NCBI GenBank assembly: GCA_031372565.1
Contig: JANMLN010000005.1
Coordinates: 1 to 35,434, forward strand
Length of the DNA stretch: 35,434 bases
Direction: 5' to 3'
Origin: Gemmatimonadota bacterium
GTDB taxonomy: Bacteria; Gemmatimonadota; Gemmatimonadetes; Gemmatimonadales; Gemmatimonadaceae
This document shows positions 1 through 8,520 of the stretch, one piece after another. The notes below the pieces were generated by a model. That model was given only the letters and a program-made list of their open reading frames with translations, was not told the origin of the DNA and searched no databases. Position 1 is the stretch's first letter. Every line of letters begins with the position of its first letter. Position numbers and translations under genes: made by a program.

Positions 1-1
1 C

Positions 2-946
2 TTCGGCGAGGACGTGGCCGACGTGTCCAAGGAAGAGCACTTGGGCAAGGTCAAGGGCAAGGGTGGCGTCTTCAAGGTCACCTGGGGGCTGCAGAAGGAA
101 TTCGGCGGGACGCGCGTCTTCAACACGCCGCTGGCCGAGGCCAACATCGTCGGGCGCGCGATCGGACTCGCGGCGCGCGGCTTCAAGCCGGTGGTCGAGA
201 TCCAGTTCTTCGACTACATCTGGCCGGCGTACATGCAGATCCGCGACGAACTCGCGACGATGCGGTGGCGTTCGAACAACCACTTTGCGGCGCCGGTGGT
301 CATCCGCGTCACCTACGGCGGGTACATTCGCGGCGGCATCTACCACTCGCAGACGGGCGCGAGCCTGTTCACGCACACGCCGGGACTTCGCGTGGTGTGC
401 CCGGCCACGGCACTCGATGCCAACGGCCTGTTGCGCACGGCCATCCGCTGCGAAGATCCGGTGATCTTCCTCGAGCACAAGCACCTGTACCGCCAGACGT
501 ACAACAAGGCGGCCGTGCCGGGCCCGAACTTCATGATTCCGTTCGGCAAGGCACGCGTGGTGCGCGAAGGGACCGATGTCACCATCGTGACCTACGGAGC
601 CACGGTGCAACGTGCGCTGCTGGCGGCCAACCAGATGGCCGAACAGGGAGTGAGCGCCGAGGTGATCGACCTGCGCTCGCTCTCACCGTGGGATCAGGAG
701 GCGGTGGCGGCGAGCGTGCGGAAGACCAATCGCGTGATCGTCGGGTACGAGGACTCGATCTCGTGGGGCTACGGCGCGGAGATCGCGGCGTGGATCGCGA
801 ACGAGTGCTTCGCGCATCTGGACGCGCCGGTGCGGCGCGTGGCGAGCACGGACACCTTTGTCGGGTACGCGCCGAGTCTCGAGGATGCGATCCTGCCGCA
901 GGTGGCGAACTTCGTCACGGCGATCCAGGAGACGGTGGCGTACTGA
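2..946 (+). CDS. 2-oxoacid (branched-chain/pyruvate) dehydrogenase E1 beta domain, 5'-truncated by the window (probably fused alpha/beta E1)
   Basis: Frame open from position 2 (FGEDVAD...); [33 protein letters not shown] and EVIDLRSL motifs of the transketolase pyrimidine-binding and C-terminal domains. Confidence 0.92.
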   Translation, partial: FGEDVADVSKEEHLGKVKGKGGVFKVTWGLQKEFGGTRVFNTPLAEANIVGRAIGLAARGFKPVVEIQFFDYIWPAYMQIRDELATMRWRSNNHFAAPVVIRVTYGGYIRGGIYHSQTGASLFTHTPGLRVVCPATALDANGLLRTAIRCEDPVIFLEHKHLYRQTYNKAAVPGPNFMIPFGKARVVREGTDVTIVTYGATVQRALLAANQMAEQGVSAEVIDLRSLSPWDQEAVAASVRKTNRVIVGYEDSISWGYGAEIAAWIANECFAHLDAPVRRVASTDTFVGYAPSLEDAILPQVANFVTAIQETVAY

Positions 947-947
947 T

Positions 948-1027
948 TGTCGTCCTGAGCAAAGCGAAGGACCTGCTTTCCTTGCAACGCGCGAAGAAGC
1001 AGGTCCTGTGCTCGGCTCAATACGACA
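948..1027. repeat. Inverted pair of REP-like palindromic elements (BIME-like)
   Basis: TGTCGTCCTGAGCAAAGCGAAGGACCTGCTT (948-978) and a degenerate inverted copy (997-1027), directly after the stop codon. Confidence 0.85.
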
Positions 1028-1063
1028 GTGGGAACACGCCCGCCCGCCGCGCGTTCGGAACCC

Positions 1064-1795
1064 ATGACTTCTCCTGCCTACCTGATCTTCGGCGGCGCCG
1101 GCGGCATTGGCGCGGCCACCGCGCGTCGACTGGTCGCGGCCGGCGGCCGCGTGGCCCTTGCCGGCCGCACGCTCGCACCGCTGCAGGCGCTCGCCGCCGA
1201 AGTTGGCGGACTCGCCCTCCCGTGCGACGCGCGTGACGCCGAGGCGGTGATGGCCACGGTGCAGCAGGCGCTCACGGAGTTCGGGCGGCTCGATGGCATC
1301 GCGAACTGTGTCGGGTCGATCGTGCTCAAGCCGGCGCACCTGACCAAGCCGGAGGAGTTCGCGGAGGTGATCGCGACCAACTTGACCACGGCGTTCAATG
1401 TCGTGCGCGCGGCCGGCAAGCTGCTGACGAGCGGTGGGAGTGTCGTGCTGGTGTCGACCGCGGCATCGCGGATCGGGCTGGCGAATCACGAAGCCATCGC
1501 TGCGGCCAAGGGCGGGGTCAACGCGCTCGTCCTCTCGGCGGCCGCGACCTACGGACCACGCGGACTGCGCGTGAACGCGGTCGCGCCCGGGTTGGTCGAC
1601 ACGCCGCTGGCATCGCGCATCACGGGATCACCGCCCGCGCTGCAGGCGAGCGTTGCCATGCATACGCTCGGTCGCGTCGGCACGGCGGATGATGTCGCGC
1701 CTGCGATTGCCTGGCTGCTGGGCCCCGATGCGAGCTGGGTGACGGGGCAGCTGATTGGCGTGGACGGTGGGTTGGGGACGGTGCGGAAGAGCTGA
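1064..1795 (+). CDS. SDR family oxidoreductase, atypical active site (no YxxxK Tyr)
   Basis: GGAGGIG Rossmann motif, NCVG, RVNAVAPG, VTGQLIGVDGG; NHEAIAAAK where YxxxK is expected; ATG 1064 chosen over GTG 1028. Confidence 0.9.
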   Translation: MTSPAYLIFGGAGGIGAATARRLVAAGGRVALAGRTLAPLQALAAEVGGLALPCDARDAEAVMATVQQALTEFGRLDGIANCVGSIVLKPAHLTKPEEFAEVIATNLTTAFNVVRAAGKLLTSGGSVVLVSTAASRIGLANHEAIAAAKGGVNALVLSAAATYGPRGLRVNAVAPGLVDTPLASRITGSPPALQASVAMHTLGRVGTADDVAPAIAWLLGPDASWVTGQLIGVDGGLGTVRKS

Positions 1796-1894
1796 CCGCG
1801 CGCGTCACGGACGAGGCGGCGCCGGAACTTGTACTTGGCGGCGGAGCTATTCACGGCTGATCTGGTCGCTCGTTTCCTGTCACGCTTCCGCCTG

Positions 1895-2539
1895 ATGTTC
1901 GCATCTCGATTCTCCCGCGCTGCCGCCGCACTCGCGTTGGCGACTGTGCTGGTACCCCACGCTGCGCGCGCACAACGGCTCGTCGCGCTCGACGCGTCGG
2001 CTGGCGCCGATGCCGGCGGACAGCGCGTTGCCGTGAGCGCGTGGCTGCCACTCACGAGCATCCTCGACCGGCTGACGATCAGCGGCGGTGCGCGACTGAC
2101 GACGTACACGGGAGACGGGGGACTCTTCACGAATCGCGGCACCCGTACCGGGGCGCTCGCACCAACGTTGGCGTTCCCCACAAACGTGGTGGGGCTCGCG
2201 CTCGCGGTGCAGGCTGAGCTCGCTGTGGTGGGGCCGCTGTCGGTCGGGTTCAACATCGATGTGGGCGGCATCGCTCTCGGCGGCGACCAGCGGGTATCGG
2301 GGCTCACGCCCAAGGTGCAGCGCGGGTCGCTGTTGCTCGGCGGGACGCCGGATGTCGGCGCGCTCAACTCGGAGACGTACGTGGCGTGGGCGGTGGTGCC
2401 CACGGTGACGGTGCGCGCCGGCACGACGCACTACGTGACGAACTACGACGTGACCGATGCTGCGGCGAGCGGTGCGCCGACGGCCAAGTATCAGAGCTTC
2501 CGGACGGTGCCGTTCGTGGCGGTGAGCTGGAGGTTCTAG
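1895..2539 (+). CDS. Hypothetical exported protein, probable small outer-membrane beta-barrel
   Basis: Signal peptide ending AARA-Q, amphipathic strands, C-terminal VAVSWRF beta-signal. Confidence 0.65.
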   Translation: MFASRFSRAAAALALATVLVPHAARAQRLVALDASAGADAGGQRVAVSAWLPLTSILDRLTISGGARLTTYTGDGGLFTNRGTRTGALAPTLAFPTNVVGLALAVQAELAVVGPLSVGFNIDVGGIALGGDQRVSGLTPKVQRGSLLLGGTPDVGALNSETYVAWAVVPTVTVRAGTTHYVTNYDVTDAAASGAPTAKYQSFRTVPFVAVSWRF

Positions 2540-2553
2540 GTTGGGGAGAAGCG

Positions 2554-2581
2554 GAGAAGCAGGTCCTTCGCTTTGCTCGGG
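2554..2581 (-). repeat. REP-like element (partial copy)
   Basis: GAGAAGCAGGTCCTTCGCTTTGCTCGG between convergent stop codons. Confidence 0.75.
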
Positions 2582-2585
2582 GGGG

Positions 2586-3695
2586 CTAGCGGCGGATGAG
2601 CGCGGTCACGAGTTCGACCGCGATGAGCACGATGATGATCAGCTCCAGCGCCTCGGTGCGCGCCGCGAGCGCTTCGGCGTTCAGCATGTTGTACGTCTCG
2701 CGGATGATGCCGAGCTTGCGCTCGATGCCGGCGCGCCAGGCGCGTTCGCGAAAGACGTCGAGCGCGGCCTGGTAGACGCGGGCGAGGTACACGTCGTCGG
2801 TGACCTTGAGCGAGTTGTCGACGCGTTCGACGAGTTCGGTGGCATCGGCGACGAGCCGCTGCAGATCGCGGAGCAGTGGCCCGTACCGTTTGGTGAACCG
2901 TCCGCTGCCACGCATCGTGTCCATGCGGTCGTACATGCGCTTCACTTCGCCGTCGAGCAATCCGTCGAACCAGCGGAGTTCGAGCAGCTGGGCGTTGGCG
3001 AACTCCACGATCAGTTGTACGTCGCTTTCGCCGGGGGTGTCTTCGACGACGAGCGCAGCGTCCCACGCGAGGACGGTCACGTCATCGGTGAAGTACGAGA
3101 AGCGGCGCGGGAGCAGCTCGCGCAGGGCGCCATCGGAGAGTGGGCGCGTCTCGCCGAGGAGCAGTGGGGCGACGTCCGCATCACTCAGCACCGCGAGCGG
3201 CGCGGGTTGTCCGGTCGCGTCGCGCACGGCGCGCAGCCTAAAGACGGTGTAGTCCTCCGTCACCCGCGCGAGCTGCGGTCGCGTGATCGCAGGCCCGATG
3301 CGATCGAGCAGCAGCTTCACGTGATGGTCGAGCACGGGCACGTTCGCCCGTTCTTCCTGCACGGCCATGCCGAAGCGCACGTAGTCGGCCCACGGGAGAT
3401 CGTGCGGCGCGCGCACCACGAGCCGCAGCGCGGCGACGCCGAACTCGTAGATGCGCGCCCCGATCTCGACGTCGCGCTCCTGGCCACCGATCACCACACG
3501 CTCGACGCCGAGCAGGACCGACACGGGCGGGTTGGCGATCTGGAGCGCTTGCGCCTCACCGCGCACGAGCTTGATCCGCTCGGGGGCGCTGGTGGCGAGC
3601 AGGTCGAGCACGGCATCGAGGCGGACTTCGTCGCCGATGTCGTAGAGGCGGTAGACGACGGCGGCGCCGTCGACGTGGAGGTCGTGTAGGGGCAT
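2586..3695 (-). CDS. Hypothetical protein, RMD1/DUF155-like
   Basis: YRLYDIG start, EFANAQLLELRWFD, DVYLARVY and C-terminal TM helix LELIIIVLIAVEL; start 3695 or GTG 3716. Confidence 0.7.
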   Translation of the reverse strand: MPLHDLHVDGAAVVYRLYDIGDEVRLDAVLDLLATSAPERIKLVRGEAQALQIANPPVSVLLGVERVVIGGQERDVEIGARIYEFGVAALRLVVRAPHDLPWADYVRFGMAVQEERANVPVLDHHVKLLLDRIGPAITRPQLARVTEDYTVFRLRAVRDATGQPAPLAVLSDADVAPLLLGETRPLSDGALRELLPRRFSYFTDDVTVLAWDAALVVEDTPGESDVQLIVEFANAQLLELRWFDGLLDGEVKRMYDRMDTMRGSGRFTKRYGPLLRDLQRLVADATELVERVDNSLKVTDDVYLARVYQAALDVFRERAWRAGIERKLGIIRETYNMLNAEALAARTEALELIIIVLIAVELVTALIRR

Positions 3696-3810
3696 GGGAG
3701 CGACGGGAGTCAGCACCGAAAGCTATCGTTGCCTCGGTACGCAGAGCTGCGAACGAGGTGCCGCCCGTTGGAGGCCAGCGCGGGAGTTCAGCGATTGCCG
3801 TAGGTTGGCT

Positions 3811-3890
3811 CTATTCACACAAACTGATTGGGTATTTCAGTGCAGTATTAGAACTATATCACGACATAAAAAGGACACTTGTCCGTAAGT
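3811..3890. other. AT-rich intergenic island between divergent genes
   Basis: 29 G+C in 80 nt (about 36%) against roughly 70% flanks; contains an ACTGA-N9-TCAGT inverted repeat at 3823-3841. Confidence 0.6.
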
Positions 3891-4014
3891 CATACCGCCG
3901 TGCGAATCACCGATTATCGTCGGTAGTGTCGATCGCGCGGCCGGCTCGCCCCGCCCGACCACCCGCGGAGCGGCCATCCCGTCCGACGCGCGACGGGTAG
4001 CTTTGCCGCGTGCG

Positions 4015-5286
4015 ATGCGCCCGCCCTCTCCCGTCTCCGTGTTGACCGTCGCTGCCAGGTCGCCCTCCGCGCAGGTCGAACCGGATCATGATCCGCGTCG
4101 GTGGCGCATCCTCGCCCTCCTCGCGATCGCCGAAGTGCTCGGCATGTCGCTCTGGTTCGCCGGGAGCGCGGTCGCGCCGCAATTGGCGGCCCAGTGGGGG
4201 CTCGCGCCGACGCAGCTCGGCTGGCTCACCTCGGCGGTGCAGCTGGGGTTCGTGCTCGGCACGGCGGTGATCGCGCTGTTCAACCTGGGCGATCTGGTGC
4301 CGGCGCGCTGGCTGTTCGCGGTGAGCGCGATGATCGGCGCTGCGGCAAACGCGCTGGTGCCATCGGCCGAGTCGGCGGCGTGGGGGCTCGCGCTGCGCGG
4401 GATGACGGGCGTGGCGCTCGCGGGGGTGTATCCGCCGGCCATGAAGATGGCGTCGACCTGGTTCCGGGCGCAGCGCGGGCTTGCCGTGGGCACCGTGGTC
4501 GGCGCGCTCACGGTGGGTTCTGCGAGTCCGTGGCTGGTGCGCGCGCTCTTTCCCGGGGCGGCGGTCGGTCCGGTGATGGCGAGCGCGAGCGTTGCCGCAC
4601 TCGTGGCGTCCGTGCTCGTGGCGGCGTGGTACGAGGATGGTCCCTACCCGTTCACGCCGCGGCCGTTCTCGTGGGGGTTGGTGGGGTCGGTGGTGCGCTC
4701 GCGGGAGTGGCGACTCGCGACGGGCGGCTATCTGGGGCACATGTTCGAGCTGTACAGCGCGTGGACCTGGCTCGCCGCATGGATGACCGCGAGCCTCGCG
4801 TCACGTGGGGACGCTGCGTGGAGCGGCGCTGCGCCCCTGTTCGCCTTCATCACCATCGCGAGTGGCAGCGTGGGCTGCGTGTGGGGCGGCGTGTTGGCCG
4901 ACCGGCGCTCGCGTGCGTGGCTCGTGACGCGGGCACTCGCGGTGAGTGGCGCCTGCTCGCTGCTGCTCGGCCTGCTCTTTGGCGCGTCCTGGTGGCTCGT
5001 GGTACCGGTGGCGATCGTGTGGGGCGCCGCGCTGGTGGGAGACAGTCCGCAGTTCAGCGTACTGGTCACCGAGAGCGTGCCGTCGCATGCGGTCGGCACG
5101 GCGCTCTACGTGCAGGTGTCGCTCGGTTTCCTGCTCACGTTGGTGAGCATTCAGCTGGTGCCACCGCTCGCTGCGTTGATCGGGTGGCAGTGGGTGTTCA
5201 GCGGACTGGCGATCGGTCCTGCGCTGGGCATCTGGAGCATACGAAGGCTGACGACGCGCGCCACCCCGGTGACCGCGGGCGGCTGA
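4015..5286 (+). CDS. MFS transporter
   Basis: About 12 hydrophobic segments, VQLGFVLG, GVYPPAMK, GYLGHMFELY, GVLADRRSR; exact start uncertain. Confidence 0.9.
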   Translation: MRPPSPVSVLTVAARSPSAQVEPDHDPRRWRILALLAIAEVLGMSLWFAGSAVAPQLAAQWGLAPTQLGWLTSAVQLGFVLGTAVIALFNLGDLVPARWLFAVSAMIGAAANALVPSAESAAWGLALRGMTGVALAGVYPPAMKMASTWFRAQRGLAVGTVVGALTVGSASPWLVRALFPGAAVGPVMASASVAALVASVLVAAWYEDGPYPFTPRPFSWGLVGSVVRSREWRLATGGYLGHMFELYSAWTWLAAWMTASLASRGDAAWSGAAPLFAFITIASGSVGCVWGGVLADRRSRAWLVTRALAVSGACSLLLGLLFGASWWLVVPVAIVWGAALVGDSPQFSVLVTESVPSHAVGTALYVQVSLGFLLTLVSIQLVPPLAALIGWQWVFSGLAIGPALGIWSIRRLTTRATPVTAGG

Positions 5287-5287
5287 G

Positions 5288-5908
5288 CTATCGGCCGCCG
5301 CGGTCGAGCTTGGCCAGCGCGTCCATCACCATCTTGTTCGTGGGCCGGACCTTGTAGTTCACCTCGGTGACCTTCCAGCGCACGATCCCCTGCCGGTCGA
5401 TCACGTACGTGCTGGGGTGTGGCCAGCCGGGGCTCTGTTCGTTGAGGATGCCGTACCGGTTGATGACGGTGTGCGCAGAGTCCGACAGGAAGGTGAAGGT
5501 CGGAGCGCCGCCGCGTGCCGTGACCTGTCGCGCCATCTTGGCGAGCAGGTTGGGCGGATCGATCGAGAGTGCGATCAGTTCCGCGTCCTGGCGGCCAGCG
5601 TCATCGAGGAGCCCATTCAGCTGCACGAGCTGATCGGTGCACCACGGTCACCAATGTCCTCGATAGAAGACGAGGATGATGTTCTTCTTGCCGCGGAACT
5701 GCGACAGGGTGACCGGCGTGCCGTCCTTGCTCGGCAGCGTGAAGTCTGGCGCGGCCATGCCGATGGCGACGCGGCCGGTGTCGGCCGGGGGCATCGATGC
5801 GCCGTCGCGAGGGCCGAAGGCGGGCGGTGTGGCCTGCGCCGAGAGGGCGGAGGGGAGGAGGGCCAGCGCGAGGGCGAGCGCGCGGGAGATGAGCGGGAGA
5901 GGGCGCAT
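5288..5908 (-). CDS. Exported peroxiredoxin/redoxin (AhpC/TSA-like) selenoprotein, Sec at codon 87 (TGA 5650-5648), 206 aa
   Basis: ORFs 5648-5908 and 5288-5626 are in the same frame; read-through gives APDFTLPS...LVFYRGHW-U-PWC-TDQL...LIALSID...PSTYVIDRQGIVRW, a complete thioredoxin-fold protein with UxxC; signal peptide ending ALSA-Q. Confidence 0.88.
5613..5637 (-). promoter_or_regulatory. Candidate bacterial SECIS hairpin
   Basis: mRNA CCG-A-UCAGCU-[CGUGC]-AGCUGA-A-UGG; the apical loop begins 20 nt after the UGA and has G at loop position 2. Confidence 0.7.
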
Positions 5909-5957
5909 GCAAGAGGGTAGCCGCGGCCTCGGGGAGAGTTCCCGGGGGGGAACTGCA

Positions 5958-6035
5958 AGAAGCAGGTCCTTCGCTTTGCTCAGGACGACGGGTTAGGGCC
6001 GGTCCTTCGCTTGGCTCACGCCGACGGGTTAGGGC
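5958..6035 (-). repeat. Two tandem REP-like copies (36-bp period)
   Basis: GGTCCTTCGCTTTGCTCAGGACGACGGGTTAGGGC (5965-5999) and GGTCCTTCGCTTGGCTCACGCCGACGGGTTAGGGC (6001-6035). Confidence 0.8.
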
Positions 6036-6439
6036 AGGTTGTCCTCGAGCACCATGCCGCGCACGACCCGCATCAACACCTTGTACCCCGGATTCGACCA
6101 GCTGCTGTCAGCCGGCGGCTCGCGATCGACGACCATGAACGTGGCGGGGGTGGCGCGTTCGAGCTTGACCGCGGCGGGGTCGTTGCCGTCGGGGGTGGCG
6201 GCCAGAATGAAGCGACCGCCGGCATCGACGATGCGCGCGACGGGCGAGGCCACCTTCATGAGCTCGGCGCTCGAGCCCACCATGCTGATCCGCTCACCGG
6301 CAACGGCGATCCCCGATGCCCAGGGGTGGGCCTCGTCGTTGGTTTTGACGCGCGCATTGACGATCACGAGGGTCGGGCCACTGATGGAGCCTGTGGGGCG
6401 GAACGGTGGCACGCCCCCCGCAGGCGTCATGGAACCCAT
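6029..6439 (-). CDS. Amidohydrolase-3/YtcJ-like beta-sandwich-only protein (no TIM barrel)
   Basis: LVIVNARVKT..PWASGIAVAGERISMVGS..IVDAGGRFIL joined by a short linker to KLERATPATFMVVDRE..VLMRVVRGMVL. Confidence 0.7.
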   Translation of the reverse strand: MGSMTPAGGVPPFRPTGSISGPTLVIVNARVKTNDEAHPWASGIAVAGERISMVGSSAELMKVASPVARIVDAGGRFILAATPDGNDPAAVKLERATPATFMVVDREPPADSSWSNPGYKVLMRVVRGMVLEDNLP

Positions 6440-6760
6440 CTATCGGCGCTCCATGGCGTCGCGGACGTCGAGCAGGACCTCGAAGTACAACTGCTCGCGG
6501 CGATAGGCGAAGTCGAGCGTCGCCAGCTGGGCGTCGTCACCAGTGGTCTTCGCACGTTCGAAGGCCTCCCGGTACATCTCGTCCAGGTTGGCCATGATGC
6601 GATCGCGGGAACGGGACATGCGGAGGCTCTCGAGGAAACGGGAAGTGAGGCGTGGCGGGCCGTCGTCGCCCTGCACCGGCTCGTCCTTGTTGGGCTCGAG
6701 CAGGTACTTGGTGGCGGCGCCGAGCAGTTTGCGGCGGGAATCGGGGGGGATGATCGACAT
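6440..6760 (-). CDS. Hypothetical protein (helical)
   Basis: 106 aa, typical codon usage, TAG directly followed by the next ATG. Confidence 0.7.
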   Translation of the reverse strand: MSIIPPDSRRKLLGAATKYLLEPNKDEPVQGDDGPPRLTSRFLESLRMSRSRDRIMANLDEMYREAFERAKTTGDDAQLATLDFAYRREQLYFEVLLDVRDAMERR

Positions 6761-6770
6761 GGCGGCGCGT

Positions 6771-7049
6771 TCAGCGCAGACCCTTGCCCTGCATGAGCCG
6801 CGCGATCACGATGTCGTCGTCGGCGGGCGCCTTGAGCTGCGCGAGCACCTCGACGTCGCTCGTCCCCTCGACGATCATGAGCGGGGGCGGCGATCCGCCA
6901 CGGGGCCCACGCGGCGTGGTGTGCCGCCGGTCGACTTCGAGCACCGCCACGACAGGGCTCGACCCCGGAAGGCTCGTGCGCCGGATGCGAACGAGCGGTC
7001 CCTGGGGCATGACCCGGGTGTAAAGAACGGTGGTGTCTGGAGTGTCCAT
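6771..7049 (-). CDS. Hypothetical protein
   Basis: 92 aa, co-oriented in the operon with a 10-nt gap to the next gene. Confidence 0.65.
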   Translation of the reverse strand: MDTPDTTVLYTRVMPQGPLVRIRRTSLPGSSPVVAVLEVDRRHTTPRGPRGGSPPPLMIVEGTSDVEVLAQLKAPADDDIVIARLMQGKGLR

Positions 7050-7091
7050 TCGCTGTCAAACTTCTTGTCGCGCGAGGAGCGCGGCAAGGGT

Positions 7092-7457
7092 CTACCGCAG
7101 CGGTTCCGCCGCTGGTGCCTCGGTCGACAGCCGGTGGAAGACCGCATCGCGCACCACCTGGCCGTCGCGCAGGTGCTCGGTGACGATCCGTTCGAGGAGG
7201 GCCGGGGTCACGTTGGCATACCACACCCCCTCGGGGTACACGACCAGCACCGGCCCGCCCTCGCAGACTCCCAGGCAGGGGGTTTCCCCACGCTTCACCC
7301 GGTTGGGGCCGAACAGCAGTCCCTCGCGCTGCAGCAGCTGGGCCAGCTGCGAGTACAGGCCGCGGCCGCGCCGATCGGGGGAGCAGTATCCCCCGACACA
7401 CACGAGCACATGGCGCGCGTAGGGCGCCATTTCCGGAGGTCCGTTGCCGATTCGCAT
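7092..7457 (-). CDS. Thioredoxin-like [2Fe-2S] ferredoxin
   Basis: RHVLVCxxxx[29 protein letters not shown]; alternative start 7430. Confidence 0.9.
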   Translation of the reverse strand: MRIGNGPPEMAPYARHVLVCVGGYCSPDRRGRGLYSQLAQLLQREGLLFGPNRVKRGETPCLGVCEGGPVLVVYPEGVWYANVTPALLERIVTEHLRDGQVVRDAVFHRLSTEAPAAEPLR

Positions 7458-7623
7458 AGCTCGCGGATGCTAGTGGGCGGCCCGGCGAGCGCAACGGGGT
7501 GGCCGCGCTAGCTTTCCATACATGCCGTCGCCCGAGGAGTCGTTCTCGACCTCAGGGCCGGAACGGCACTTCCCATCCTGTCGCCGACGGCGCCCGCATC
7601 GGGTGACCGACTCCGGAGTTCGC

Positions 7624-8520
7624 ATGGCTGTCCAGTCGTTGCCTCCCGACCCGCGTACGGCCGCCAAGGGCTACGCGCACCCCGAGATGCTGGTGTCCAC
7701 CGAGTGGGTGGCCGAGCACCTCGCGGATCCGAACGTGCGCATTCTCGAGAGCGACGAGGACGTGTTGCTGTACCACTCGGGCCACATCCCGAACGCGCTC
7801 AAGATCGACTGGCACGAGGATCTGAATGATCCCGTGATGCGCGACTACCTCGCGCCCGAGGCGTTCGAGGCGCTGGTGCGCCGGCTGGGCATCTCGAGCG
7901 AGACGACCGTGGTGTTCTACGGCGACAAGAACAACTGGTGGGCCTGCTACGCCTTCTGGGTGTTCCAGCTGTTCGGCTTCGGGAACTGCCGCGTGCTCGA
8001 CGGCGGGCGCATCAAGTGGGAAGCGGAAGGTCGGCCGATGGTCACCGACACGCCCACCGTGGCGCCGTCGACCGTGACCGTCGGGCGCCGCGATGACCTG
8101 CGCATCCGGGCATTCTTTGGCGAGGTGCTCGCGCACATGGCGTCGAAGCGGCCGTTGATCGATGTCCGGTCGCCGCAGGAGTACACCGGCGAACGCACGC
8201 ACATGCCCGACTACCCGCAGGAAGGGACGCTACGCGGCGGCCACATCCCGGGTGCCAGGAGCGTGCCGTGGGCCCGCGCCGCGAACCCTGATGGCACGTT
8301 CAAGTCGGCAGACGAACTGCGCGTGATCTACGAGGGCGAAGCGGGGTTGCATCCCTCCGACGAAGTGATCGCGTACTGCCGCATCGGCGAGCGCAGTTCG
8401 CACACCTGGTTCGTGCTCACCTACCTGCTCGGCTACACGAGCGTCCGGAACTACGACGGCAGCTGGACGGAGTGGGGGAATGCCGTACGTGCACCTATCG
8501 AGAAGGGGACCGGCACATGA
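7624..8520 (+). CDS. Double-domain rhodanese sulfurtransferase (SseA/CysA type)
   Basis: LVSTEWV, GHIPNA, GHIPGA, active site [26 protein letters not shown] at 7615-7618. Confidence 0.95.
   Translation: MAVQSLPPDPRTAAKGYAHPEMLVSTEWVAEHLADPNVRILESDEDVLLYHSGHIPNALKIDWHEDLNDPVMRDYLAPEAFEALVRRLGISSETTVVFYGDKNNWWACYAFWVFQLFGFGNCRVLDGGRIKWEAEGRPMVTDTPTVAPSTVTVGRRDDLRIRAFFGEVLAHMASKRPLIDVRSPQEYTGERTHMPDYPQEGTLRGGHIPGARSVPWARAANPDGTFKSADELRVIYEGEAGLHPSDEVIAYCRIGERSSHTWFVLTYLLGYTSVRNYDGSWTEWGNAVRAPIEKGTGT

Noticed and set aside
948..1027. REP pair as an attC site of the integron
   Set aside because: Lacks RYYYAAC...GTTRRRY ends and flanks housekeeping genes.
3859..3889. Chromosomal dif site or oriC
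   Set aside because: Spacer is 9 bp rather than 6, only one imperfect DnaA box, and G-rich tracts occur on the plus strand on both sides. Kept only as a weak lead.
5648..5650. Genome-wide UGA reassignment (Trp/Gly) or simple pseudogene
   Set aside because: TGA ends many genes at their expected C-termini (pdxH RLSP, Omp85 GEAF, glpD). The position at the catalytic Cys plus the hairpin favours Sec over a random nonsense mutation.
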